Both the position numbers and the translations under genes were made by a program. Below, in pieces: positions 34,035-43,418 of a stretch of 64,000 nucleotides of DNA (the stretch's first letter is position 1; every line of letters begins with the position of its first letter). Source of the DNA: an uncultured Solirubrobacterales bacterium (GTDB lineage Bacteria > Actinomycetota > Thermoleophilia > Solirubrobacterales > Solirubrobacteraceae); NCBI GenBank assembly GCA_963729925.1, contig CAVSPS010000004.1, forward strand, positions 230,859 through 294,858. Reading direction: 5' to 3'. The notes beneath the pieces were generated by a model. That model did not search any database and was not told where the DNA came from. It was given only the letters and a program-made list of their open reading frames with translations.

Positions 34035-34257
34035 GCTGGTCTCCTCTGGATCTCTTCAGTGGTTGGCGAGCCCGGAAAGGGCCGCGGGAGCGTAACTGAC
34101 GAGCGCGATCCTTGGGCGCCCTCCACCGCCGCGGGCTCACCGACCGCTCCCCGCCGCCAACTCGTCCGGCTCTAAGCGCATCGGTTGGGCGTCACCCGTG
34201 TTGATAAAGACGCGGGAACAGCTACCTGGTGAACCCACATCGAGAGGAGCCACTACG

Positions 34258-35223
34258 TTGAGCCGAGGAGTTGCGACACATATGAGCAAGTTGGCGACCG
34301 TGGCGGTGCCGGCGGCGATGCTCGCCCTGGTGCTGCCCGCGGCCGCACCGGCCGCGCTCCCGGCGGCGTCAACCGGGAAAGCGAGCCTCGTGAGTTTCGG
34401 CTCGGCGACGCTCAACGGGTCGGTGAACCCAAAGGGAGCCGACACCTCCTACTACTTCCAGTATGGACTGACGAAGAGCTACGGCTTGCAGGCGGGCATC
34501 CTCGACGCGGGCACCGGGACGCACGCCGTGCCGGTGGCGATCGCTATTGGGGGGTTGCAGCCGCTCACCGTCTACCACTTCCGCCTGGTGGCGGTGAACG
34601 CGAGCGGCCCAACGATCGGCGCCGACAAAACCTTCCTCACCAAGAAGGTGCCGCTGTCGCTTGCGATCCTCGCCTCGCCCAACCCAGTTTTGTACGGCGG
34701 CACGATCACCGTTCAGGGCAGCCTGTCGGGCACCGGCAACGGCAACCGCGAGGTGGTGCTCCAGACAAACGGCTTCCCCTTCACCGTGGGTTTTGCCAAC
34801 GTGGGCAACCCCGAGCTGACAAGCGCCACAGGCGGTTTCAGCTTCCCCGTGCTGGGGCTCACGCAGGCGACGCAGTTCCGGGTGGTGGCGACCACCAATC
34901 CTCCCGTTGTGAGCCCCGTCGCGGTGGAGGGTGTGGCGGTGCGCATCAAAGCCCGTATAGGACGCATCGGCCCACGAGGCAAGGCGCTCTTCCAGGGGAC
35001 GGTCACGCCGGCGCTCGACGGTGTGGGCGTGGCGATCATGCACGAGACGCACGGGCGCGAGGTGTTCGTGAAAGGCAGCGTGCTGCGCCACGCCACCGCC
35101 ACGAGCTCGCGCTTCAGCCGTGTGGTGGCGGTCAAACGCGGAGGCGTGTACCACGTGCTCGTGCACTTCACGAGCGGGCCCCTGATCTCGACCTACAGCG
35201 CGCCCCTGATCGCGAGGCACTGA
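34258..35223 (+). CDS. Secreted protein with FN3-like domain
   Basis: RBS GAGAGGA before TTG; signal peptide; ATLNGSVNP...YYFQYG...YHFRLVA, as in 14951..16531. Confidence 0.75.
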   Translation: MSRGVATHMSKLATVAVPAAMLALVLPAAAPAALPAASTGKASLVSFGSATLNGSVNPKGADTSYYFQYGLTKSYGLQAGILDAGTGTHAVPVAIAIGGLQPLTVYHFRLVAVNASGPTIGADKTFLTKKVPLSLAILASPNPVLYGGTITVQGSLSGTGNGNREVVLQTNGFPFTVGFANVGNPELTSATGGFSFPVLGLTQATQFRVVATTNPPVVSPVAVEGVAVRIKARIGRIGPRGKALFQGTVTPALDGVGVAIMHETHGREVFVKGSVLRHATATSSRFSRVVAVKRGGVYHVLVHFTSGPLISTYSAPLIARH

Positions 35224-35386
35224 TCGGGTAGGGAGCCTACGCACGGGCATGTGAGCACCCGGGCGCTGCTGAACCGCCCGCAATGGGGGGGGCGGGCGGT
35301 GCAAGCTTTGCTCGCTGCGCGGCTGGTACTCGACCAGCCGCGAGAAGGTCAGACGGCGGCCGGTACTCGACCAGCGGGTGAGACGG

Positions 35387-36553
35387 TCAGACGGCCGCCG
35401 GCTCCTGCGCGCGCCGCGGGAGCAGCGTTTCGCGCGCGATCACGAGGCGCTGGATCTGGGAGGTGCCCTCATACAGCTGCATGATCTTGGCGTCGCGGAA
35501 GAGCTTCTCCACCGGGTACTCCTTGATGAAGCCGTAGCCGCCGTACACCTGCACGGCGTCTGTCGCGACCTTCATCGCGGTGTCGGCCGCGAAGCGCTTC
35601 GCGTGCGAGGAGACGAGCGTGTTGCGCTGACCCTGGTCGAGCAGCACGGCCGACTTCCAGGTCAGCAGGCGGGAGGCTTCGATCTCGGTGGCCATGTCGG
35701 CGATCATGAACTGGATCGCCTGGTGCATCGCGATCGGCACGCCGAACTGGACGCGTTCGCGCGAGTAGTCGGTGGCGAACTCGAAGGCGGCGCGGGCGAT
35801 GCCGACGGCCATCGCCGCCACGCCGGGGCGGGTGCGATCGAGCGTCATCATGGCGAGCTTGAAGCCCTTGTTCTCCTCGCCGAGCAGGTTCTCGGCGGGA
35901 ACCTCGACGTCGTTGAAGGAGATCGTGGCGGTGTTGGAAGCGCGCTGACCGAGCTTGTCCTCCTTCTTGTCGACCACCACGCCCCAGTCGCGCTCGACCA
36001 CGAAGGCGGAGATGCCGCGATGGCCGGCGTCCTTGTCGGTCTTGGCGTAGACGGTGTAGTAGTCGGCGTAGCCGCCGTTGGTGATGAAGCACTTCGAGCC
36101 GTTGATGACGTACTTGTCGCCTTGCTTGACGGCGGTGGTGCGCATCCCGGAGACGTCCGAGCCGGCGTCGGGCTCGGTCAGGCAGAACGAAGCGAGCTTC
36201 GGCTCCTCGGTGAGCATTCCCAGGTACTTGCGCTTGACCTCCTCAGAGCCGCCGAGAGCGATAGGAGCGGTCGCCAGGCCGTTGCAGCCCAATGACGTCT
36301 GGATGCCGGAGCAGCCCCAGGAGAGCTCCTCCTCGATCAGGCAACCGTCCAGGTAGCTGGCCCCCACTCCCCCGTACTCCTCGGGAATGTGGCTGTTCAT
36401 CAAGCCGACCTCCCAGGCCTTCTTGATGATGTCCGCCGGCCAGGTGCCGTCCTTGTCGTACTCCCAGGCGACCGGCCGGATCTCCTTCTCGGCGAAGTCG
36501 TGGGCCATCTCGCGCAGGTTCTTCTGCTCGTCGCTCAGCGTGAAATCGACCAT
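35387..36553 (-). CDS. Acyl-CoA dehydrogenase
   Basis: LTEPDAGSD, NGSKCFITNG, QVYGGYG, IMQLYEGTSQIQ. Confidence 0.96.
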   Translation of the reverse strand: MVDFTLSDEQKNLREMAHDFAEKEIRPVAWEYDKDGTWPADIIKKAWEVGLMNSHIPEEYGGVGASYLDGCLIEEELSWGCSGIQTSLGCNGLATAPIALGGSEEVKRKYLGMLTEEPKLASFCLTEPDAGSDVSGMRTTAVKQGDKYVINGSKCFITNGGYADYYTVYAKTDKDAGHRGISAFVVERDWGVVVDKKEDKLGQRASNTATISFNDVEVPAENLLGEENKGFKLAMMTLDRTRPGVAAMAVGIARAAFEFATDYSRERVQFGVPIAMHQAIQFMIADMATEIEASRLLTWKSAVLLDQGQRNTLVSSHAKRFAADTAMKVATDAVQVYGGYGFIKEYPVEKLFRDAKIMQLYEGTSQIQRLVIARETLLPRRAQEPAAV

Positions 36554-36589
36554 GGTCTGGTGCTCTCCTCGGACGGACGCGGGAATAGA

Positions 36590-36605
36590 TTGACTGGTCA
36601 GTCAA
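36590..36605. promoter_or_regulatory. Palindromic operator TTGACTGGTCAGTCAA (TetR-like)
   Basis: 7-bp inverted repeat between the divergent acyl-CoA dehydrogenase and hypothetical genes. Confidence 0.65.
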
Positions 36606-36649
36606 CCGTAGATGTTCCCAAGATTAGCGAAGTGAGCCACAATCACTCG

Positions 36650-37090
36650 ATGGAACCGTTCACGCTCGTGGTGGTCGGCGCGATCGCGCTGTTCGTGCTC
36701 GCCGGCGTGGGGTCGTTCCTGGCGGGTGGGAGCCTCTACGACAAGATCGGCGAGGGCGGGCTCTCGCCGGACGGGCCGAGCGCGGCGCCCGCGAACTCGC
36801 CGCTTGCGCGGGCCGAGCGCGAGCAGGAGATCCGCCAGATGCTGCAGGCGCGCAGCGACCGGCAGGTGCGGGGCGGCGGCGAGGCGCTCGACATCGACGC
36901 GGAGATGGCCCTGCTCGAGCAGCCGGCGGGCGGGGCGCAGGTCGGCAGACACGACGCCGGCCTCACAGAAGAGGTGCGCCAGCTCGTGATGGCGCGCAAC
37001 GAACGCAGGGTGCGCAGCGGCGAAGAGCCTATGGACGTCGAGTCGGAGGTTCAGCGAACCCTGGACGAACTCGACCCACCGACGCCCTGA
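36650..37090 (+). CDS. Membrane-anchored hypothetical protein with internal duplication
   Basis: N-terminal TM; EIRQMLQARSDRQVRGGGEALDIDAE / EVRQLVMARNERRVRSGEEPMDVESE. Confidence 0.75.
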   Translation: MEPFTLVVVGAIALFVLAGVGSFLAGGSLYDKIGEGGLSPDGPSAAPANSPLARAEREQEIRQMLQARSDRQVRGGGEALDIDAEMALLEQPAGGAQVGRHDAGLTEEVRQLVMARNERRVRSGEEPMDVESEVQRTLDELDPPTP

Positions 37091-38073
37091 AGCACCCCAA
37101 CGAGCTGCTGCAACGCTGGGAGCAGTTGCGAGGGCGGCTGGGGATTGCTCGGCGCCGCGATCGTCTGCGGCTTGTTGAGCTCTGAGAATTCGAGCAGCAC
37201 CTTGACGTCGGCGCCGCTCAGCCCGCCGAGGAGCGTTTGCGTTTGCGGCGTGCCCGAGACGGTCGCGGACACTTCGAGTCGACGAAGCAGATGATCGTCC
37301 TTGCCTGTGTATACGTCTACATGCGCCGACTTGATCGACTTCGCCAGTTCGTTGACGACGGTGGGCGAGAGCGAGCCGCCCGCGCCGGGGACCGGTGAGG
37401 CGAGACCGAGCGCGCTGCCCGCCTGGGAGAGTTTGGAGACGTCGGCGAGGAACGCCGGGATGTCGACGCTCGCGGTGAGGTGGATCGTCGAGACTCCCGA
37501 GATCGTGGCGGCGCCGGCGTTCGTGGGGTTGGATAGCCAACGCAGCGGGTCGATCCCGAGCGAGGCGAACGTCGAGCGAACCTTGGTTGTGGAAGCCGAC
37601 TTGGTGGCCTGCGCGTAGCCTTCCTCAAACGCCTTGTAGGTGCTCTGAGGAGTGGAGAACCAGGTGCCGGCAAGCTCGACGTAGAGCGCCGATCCGGTCG
37701 AGGTGGCGCCGGCGCTCAGCGCGTGGCCCGCCGCGCTCAGGTCGAGCCGCAGGGCGAAGCGCGGAAGCTTGCCGGCGCCGGCGTTCTGGAACGGGCCCGA
37801 GAGGCGCACGGAGAGCGGCTTCGTGGCCGCGCTCGAACCGGCGGCGGAAACGGCGAACGAGAGGTTGACGTTGCCGCTTTCGATCGGCGTGTGCCCCGAG
37901 AAGGTGTCGTTCAGCAGCGACTGGGCGCCGCCCGAGGAGCCGGAGCAGGCGGAGAGCAGGCAGACGCAGGCAAACAGGGCGGGCAGCGCAACTGCCGCAC
38001 GGAGAGTGGTGTTCTTCAGGAGTGCCCTCAACGCTGAGACCCGGCCGGCGCGATGCAACGCGCGCTGCAACAC
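37051..38073 (-). CDS. Putative lipoprotein (LppX/LolA-like beta fold); start uncertain
   Basis: LSAC lipobox; VDVYTGKDDHLLRRL, LEFSELNKPQTIAAP. Confidence 0.65.
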   Translation of the reverse strand: MLQRALHRAGRVSALRALLKNTTLRAAVALPALFACVCLLSACSGSSGGAQSLLNDTFSGHTPIESGNVNLSFAVSAAGSSAATKPLSVRLSGPFQNAGAGKLPRFALRLDLSAAGHALSAGATSTGSALYVELAGTWFSTPQSTYKAFEEGYAQATKSASTTKVRSTFASLGIDPLRWLSNPTNAGAATISGVSTIHLTASVDIPAFLADVSKLSQAGSALGLASPVPGAGGSLSPTVVNELAKSIKSAHVDVYTGKDDHLLRRLEVSATVSGTPQTQTLLGGLSGADVKVLLEFSELNKPQTIAAPSNPQPPSQLLPALQQLVGVLQGVGGSSSSRVR

Positions 38074-38102
38074 CCGACGCGAATGAGCCTAGCATCAGGC
38101 GG

Positions 38103-39623
38103 ATGCACGCGAGGCCATTGCGCGCGCCGGCGACGGCGGTCCAGCCCTTGTGCGCGCTCGCGCTCGGGATCGTTGTGACGAGCCTGTGTGTTGTGACGCC
38201 CCTGTGCGCGGCGGCGCCGGCCGCGGGAGGGAAGGGCCGCATCACCGCGACCGACGCCCTGCAACGGCTGGAGCGAAGCGGGGCCATCAGCGAAAGCGCC
38301 TACAGGCAGTACGAGGGCGCATACGTGGCGGCGAAGACTTCGCTGCGAAGGCTGTCGGGCACGCGCCGCGCGGAATTGGGCGCGGTGGTGGCGAACGTCG
38401 AAGCGATGGCGGCGAAGGGCCAGCTCGTGGCCTCGCGGCTGCCCGTGGTGTTCGCCACGATGGAACGCAACCGGCAGTGGTGGACCACCCAGTCGCTGCT
38501 CGGGAGCAGCCAACGCGTGAGCTTCACCGGGAGTCGCCTGGTGTGGGAGTACTACCCGGGCCAGGGCATCGAGATCCAGTGGCTGGCGACGTTCGGGGAG
38601 GCAAACGGCTACTACAACTCCCACCAGACCACGGCGCTGAGGGAAGTGCTGAGCGAAGCCGTCGCGCTTGCAACCCAGCGCGCCGGAGGGATCGCTTGGG
38701 AGTACATGTTCCAATTCGACGGAGGACTGCCTCCCTGGACGAGCGGGCTGTCGCAGGGGACGGCGATCCAGGCGCTGTCGCGCGGGTACTCGCGCACCCA
38801 CGAAGCACAGTTCCTCGACGCGGCGAAAGAAGCGCTCGGGATCTTCCAGACGCGACCCTCTACGGGCGTGCGGGTGAGCACGCCCGCGGGAGCCCACTAC
38901 CTCGAGTACACATACGCCCCGAGCGAGCGCATCCTCAACGGTTTCATCCAGAGCCTCGTGGGGCTGTACGAATACACCGAGCTCACCGGCGACCCGCTGG
39001 GACAGCAGCTCTTCGAAGCGGGAGACGCGCAGGCGCGAGCGGAAGTCCCCCGCTACGACACGGGCGCCTGGTCGATGTACGACCAGAGCAGCGAATCGAA
39101 CCTCAGCTACCACGAACTGCTCGCCGAATTCCTCGAACACCTGTGCGAGAAGACGAGCAAGGGCGAGCCGCTGGCGCCGACCGCACCCTCAGGGGCACAG
39201 GCGGGCCAGATACCCGGAGACGAGATCTATTGCGCCACGGCCACGCGCTTCCGCGAAGACGAGAAGACGCCGCCCACGATCGAACTGCTGAGCAAGAGCG
39301 TGAGGACCAAGGAACGCGCCGGCGTGCAGCTGAAGCTCTCGAAGATCTCGACCGTGAGCATGACGATCAAGCTCGGCGAAAAGACCGTGTGGACGAACAA
39401 CGCGACCGTCGAAGGCGGCAAGCCGCGGCTGCTGTGGGTGACGCCCTCCAAGCCCGGCATGTACTCGGTGGCGCTGAGCGCGAAAGACCCGGCGGGCAAC
39501 GAAGAAGTGGCGAGCGGGACGATCACGGTAAAGAAGGCGCCTTCGAAGAAAGCCCGCAAGAGCGCCAGAGCCGCGGGGAGCGAGCGGATATCGCCGCCCG
39601 CGCGGCGGCTGCCTGTCTTGTAG
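38103..39623 (+). CDS. Secreted D-glucuronyl C5-epimerase C-terminal-domain protein
   Basis: WTSGLSQG, ILNGFIQSL, YDTGAWSMYD, YHELL; C-terminal Ig-like domain. Confidence 0.75.
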   Translation: MHARPLRAPATAVQPLCALALGIVVTSLCVVTPLCAAAPAAGGKGRITATDALQRLERSGAISESAYRQYEGAYVAAKTSLRRLSGTRRAELGAVVANVEAMAAKGQLVASRLPVVFATMERNRQWWTTQSLLGSSQRVSFTGSRLVWEYYPGQGIEIQWLATFGEANGYYNSHQTTALREVLSEAVALATQRAGGIAWEYMFQFDGGLPPWTSGLSQGTAIQALSRGYSRTHEAQFLDAAKEALGIFQTRPSTGVRVSTPAGAHYLEYTYAPSERILNGFIQSLVGLYEYTELTGDPLGQQLFEAGDAQARAEVPRYDTGAWSMYDQSSESNLSYHELLAEFLEHLCEKTSKGEPLAPTAPSGAQAGQIPGDEIYCATATRFREDEKTPPTIELLSKSVRTKERAGVQLKLSKISTVSMTIKLGEKTVWTNNATVEGGKPRLLWVTPSKPGMYSVALSAKDPAGNEEVASGTITVKKAPSKKARKSARAAGSERISPPARRLPVL

Positions 39624-39739
39624 TGCAGGTTTGTGGCCCAAGATCTACTGCGCTTGTGCGCATGCATAACCCGTAATAAGGTCAGCCCATAGTCCAACTT
39701 ATCCTACAAGTCGGTCTAAACTGCTAGGCTGATCCAACT

Positions 39740-40969
39740 TTGGGACAGTACGTGACACGCCGCTGGATGCCCGATCCGTCGCTCCCGGCGGCGCCGGGCT
39801 TCAGAATGCAGTTCGACTACGAGGCCTATATGCCAGAGGAGGTCGCGGAGATGGACCCGGTGCTGCCGGCATCCGTCTCCAGGGCGCTGCAGGAGGCCGA
39901 CGAGGCTGTGCGAGAGCTCAACGACGATCTGCCGAGCGTGATCGGCCTGGAGGCGTTGTCTCGCCAGCTGTTGCGCCAGGAGTCGGTCGCCTCCTCGCGC
40001 ATCGAGGGTCTGGTGATGTCGCATCGGCGACTTGCGAGAGCCGCCATAGCGGGCGAGGACCAGCATCGCGACACGACCGCCGAGTCCATCTTGGGCAACA
40101 TCGCCGCGATGGAGCACGCGATCACGGTCACCTCGGCGCTCGCGGAGCTGACACCTGCGGCGATCGTCGACGTGCACCGCGTGCTGATGGAGCAGACACG
40201 CGACTCCCATATCGCCGGCGTCGTTCGCAAGAGCCAGAACTGGATCGGGGGGAACAACCACAACCCCTGGAGAGCGGCGTTCGTGCCGCCGCCCGAGACC
40301 GAGGTTGGGCGCTTGCTTGCCGACCTCGCCGCGTTCATCAACCGCCGCGACATGTCGCCGACCCTGCAGGCCGCTATCGCCCATGCCCAGTTCGAGACGA
40401 TCCATCCGTTCCCCGACGGCAACGGACGCACGGGCCGCTGCCTGATCCACGTGGTCTACCGTCGCGCGGCGCTCGCTCCACGCTTCGTGCCGCCGGTGTC
40501 GCTGGTGCTCGCCACCAACGGCGACGGCTACATACGCGGCCTCACGTCGTATCGAGAGAGCAACCTCGAAAATTGGTGTCTGGACTTTGCGCTCACCGTG
40601 ATCAAGGCGTGTCGCGCGGCCCGCGATCTCGCCCGGGAGCTTGACGATCTGGAGCGCAGCTGGCTCGAACGGGCCGGCAGTCCCCGCCGCGACAGCACCG
40701 CGCACAAGCTGATCCAGGCATTGCCGGCACAACCGATCCTTCGCTTGAGCCACGCAATGGCGCTCACCGGAGCGGGCAATAGCGCTGCCCACAAGGCGCT
40801 GAACGACCTCCATGCGGCCGGAGTGCTCAAGCAGGTGACAGTCGGCCGGCGCAACCGTGCATGGGAAGCCGTCGGACTTCTCAGTCTGGTGGACGAATTC
40901 GAGCGTAGGCTCGCCATTCCCGACTCCGGTAGAGAAAAGCCGGTACGCCCGGCGCCGTTTCTCAACTGA
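39740..40969 (+). CDS. Fic family protein (class II-like)
   Basis: HPFPDGNGRTGR catalytic motif; N-terminal SSRIEG inhibitory motif; C-terminal HTH-like region. Confidence 0.93.
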   Translation: MGQYVTRRWMPDPSLPAAPGFRMQFDYEAYMPEEVAEMDPVLPASVSRALQEADEAVRELNDDLPSVIGLEALSRQLLRQESVASSRIEGLVMSHRRLARAAIAGEDQHRDTTAESILGNIAAMEHAITVTSALAELTPAAIVDVHRVLMEQTRDSHIAGVVRKSQNWIGGNNHNPWRAAFVPPPETEVGRLLADLAAFINRRDMSPTLQAAIAHAQFETIHPFPDGNGRTGRCLIHVVYRRAALAPRFVPPVSLVLATNGDGYIRGLTSYRESNLENWCLDFALTVIKACRAARDLARELDDLERSWLERAGSPRRDSTAHKLIQALPAQPILRLSHAMALTGAGNSAAHKALNDLHAAGVLKQVTVGRRNRAWEAVGLLSLVDEFERRLAIPDSGREKPVRPAPFLN

Positions 40970-41009
40970 GCGCCGTTCGCGCCAAGGTCCGCCCTACAAT
41001 CACCGCCCG

Positions 41010-41477
41010 ACGTCCGCCGCCGCGCCCCAAACCTGGATCCTCACCGCCTCCCCCGAAAACCACGAGGCCACGCGCGAGCACGGCTTCTCGGTGATCGGGA
41101 TCAAGGAGCGCAACCGCCCGCGGGCGCTTCAGATCGAGCCTGGGGACCGGATCGTGTTGTACCTCACGAAGGTGATGGCGTTCGCCGGCAGCATCGTCGT
41201 GAGCGGCGAGATGTACGAGGACCGCACGAAGCTGTGGCCGGGCAAGCCCGGCAAAGCGGACGCCTACCCGTGGCGCTTTCCCACCGAGCCCGAGATCGTG
41301 CTGGACGAGGACGAGTGGGTGCCGGCGGAAGAGCTCGCCGGCAAGCTCGAGCACGTGCGCAAGTGGCCGGCGGAGCACTGGAAGCTCGCCTTCCAGGGCC
41401 AGCTGCGCACGGTGTCCGAGAAGGATGCGAAGCTGCTGGTGAAGCGGATGGGAGCAGCTATGGCCGCCCGGGCCTGA
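41010..41477 (+). CDS. EVE domain protein (start codon unclear)
   Basis: WILTASPEN, IEPGDRIVLY, YPWRF, FQGQLRTVSEKD. Confidence 0.8.
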   Translation, partial: TSAAAPQTWILTASPENHEATREHGFSVIGIKERNRPRALQIEPGDRIVLYLTKVMAFAGSIVVSGEMYEDRTKLWPGKPGKADAYPWRFPTEPEIVLDEDEWVPAEELAGKLEHVRKWPAEHWKLAFQGQLRTVSEKDAKLLVKRMGAAMAARA

Positions 41478-41618
41478 GACGAGCCGGGGCCCGGCTCATC
41501 ATTGCTCTCACTGACGTGACATGGTGGGTGCACGGTTGGAACCAGGTTTTCCCAGCCGTTCGCGTCACGCCACGCCATACAATCGACCCATGCCGGTCGA
41601 TGCCCCCGACACGCGCGC

Positions 41619-42474
41619 ATGACGCGCCTCGCGCGCGCGTGGGGCGCCCTCGAGCCCGAGCAGCGCCTGGCGGCGGTCGCAGCCGTGGCGCTGCTGCGTC
41701 ACGATGTTCTTCCCGTGGTATGAGCTGCAGTCGCTGAACCGCAAGACCGGCGCCATCAACTCGAGCTCGATCAGCGCGTTCGGCGACGTCTCGTTCGTCG
41801 AGGCCGCCGTGTTCCTGGTCGCCGCCGGCGTGATCGCGCTGCTGTTCGCGCGGGCCGAGCGCCGCGACTTCCACATGCCCGGCGGCGACGGGGCGATCGT
41901 GATGATCGCGGGCGGTTGGGCCACGCTGCTGATCTTCTTCCGCGTCTTCTCGCGACCCGCCGGCCACGGCTACCCCGTGGGGATCCAGTGGGGCTTCTTC
42001 CTCGCGTTCGTGGCCGCCGGAGCGCTCACTTACGCCGGCTGGCGCATGCGCGCGACCAGCACGCCGGAGCCTCCCCTAGTGCGCGGGCGCGCGCGCACGC
42101 GCGAGTCACCCCCAGGAGAGAACATAACGGTCGTCGCCCCCTCACCTCAGCGCGTCGAGCGCTCTCTACCCGTACCCGCACGCACCGACCAGCCCCCACC
42201 CCGCGCGACCCCGGTGGTGGCGCGTCGCGCCCAACCACCAGCAAGCACGCCCCAATCCTCACAGAGGACCCCTCCGTCCTCCCCGACCGCGGCTGCGCCG
42301 CGGGCGGAGGGATCGAGGGATGTCGGGGCATCCCCGCCCTCGTCCACGCCACGGGCGCCGGCATCCCCGCCCTCCACGCCCCGTAATGCGGCCCGCAAGC
42401 GCCCGCGCTACCCCCCGGCGCCGTCGGACCAGCTCTCATTCGAGGACGAGCACACGGAGCGGGAGCGGCGCTGA
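41619..42474 (+). CDS. Membrane protein with Pro-rich tail, +1 frameshift near 41697
   Basis: MTRLARAWGALEPEQRLAAVAAVALL joins TMFFPWY; four hydrophobic helices. Confidence 0.7.
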
Positions 42475-42497
42475 CGAGCCCTATCATTCCCCCGACG

Positions 42498-43409
42498 ATG
42501 CCCGCCGAGGGACCCCTCTCCTCCACCGAAGTCGCCGAGGGCCTGCGCTCGGTGGGCTACCTGCCGAGCGAGTCCACCGCGCTCGTCGCCTACCTCGCCA
42601 CCAAGCTCGGCAAGCCCGTGCTCGTGGAGGGCCCCGCGGGGGTGGGCAAGACCGAGCTCGCCAAGGCGCTCGCGCGCTACCTGGGCCGCGAGCTGATCCG
42701 TTTGCAGTGCTACGAGGGGCTCGACGAGGCGAAGGCGCTGTACGAGTGGAACTACCGCAAGCAGCTCCTGCGCATCCAGGCGGAGGCGTCGGACACCGGC
42801 TGGGAGGCCGTCCAGCAGGACATCTTCGGCGAGGAGTTCCTGCTCGCGCGGCCGCTCATGAGCGCGATCGCCTCCGAGCAGCCGGTGGTGCTGCTGATCG
42901 ATGAGATCGACAAGACCGACCAGGAGTTCGAGGCGATGCTGCTGGAGGTCCTCTCGGACTTCCAGATCTCGATCCCCGAGCTCGGCAGGGTCGCCTCCAC
43001 TACCCACCCTGTGGTGCTGCTCACCTCCAACAACTCGCGCGAGCTCACCGAGGCGCTCAAGCGCCGCTGCCTCTACCTGTGGCTCGACTACCCCTGCCTG
43101 GAGCACGAGCTGGCGATCGTCAAGCTGCACGCGCCCGACCTGGACGAGGCGGTCGCGAGGCGGCTGGTCGAGGTGGTGGACATGGTGCGCGAGCTGGACC
43201 TCAAGAAGCCCCCCTCGATCGCCGAGTCGATCGACTGGGCACGCGCGCTGCTCTTGCTCGGGGCGAAGGACATCGACGCCGACACGTTCAACTCCACGAT
43301 GTCGGTGATCGTCAAGCACCGCACCGACATGGACATCGTCGCCGAGCGCGTGGGGCTCAAGCTCTCAGAAAGGGATGCAACCCAAGGGGTTGCGTCTAGG
43401 TTGGGCTAG
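42498..43409 (+). CDS. MoxR family AAA+ ATPase (CoxD-like)
   Basis: EGPAGVGKT, RLQCYEGLDE.KALYEWNY, LIDEIDK, ALKRRC. Confidence 0.93.
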   Translation: MPAEGPLSSTEVAEGLRSVGYLPSESTALVAYLATKLGKPVLVEGPAGVGKTELAKALARYLGRELIRLQCYEGLDEAKALYEWNYRKQLLRIQAEASDTGWEAVQQDIFGEEFLLARPLMSAIASEQPVVLLIDEIDKTDQEFEAMLLEVLSDFQISIPELGRVASTTHPVVLLTSNNSRELTEALKRRCLYLWLDYPCLEHELAIVKLHAPDLDEAVARRLVEVVDMVRELDLKKPPSIAESIDWARALLLLGAKDIDADTFNSTMSVIVKHRTDMDIVAERVGLKLSERDATQGVASRLG

Positions 43410-43418
43410 GCACCGAAG

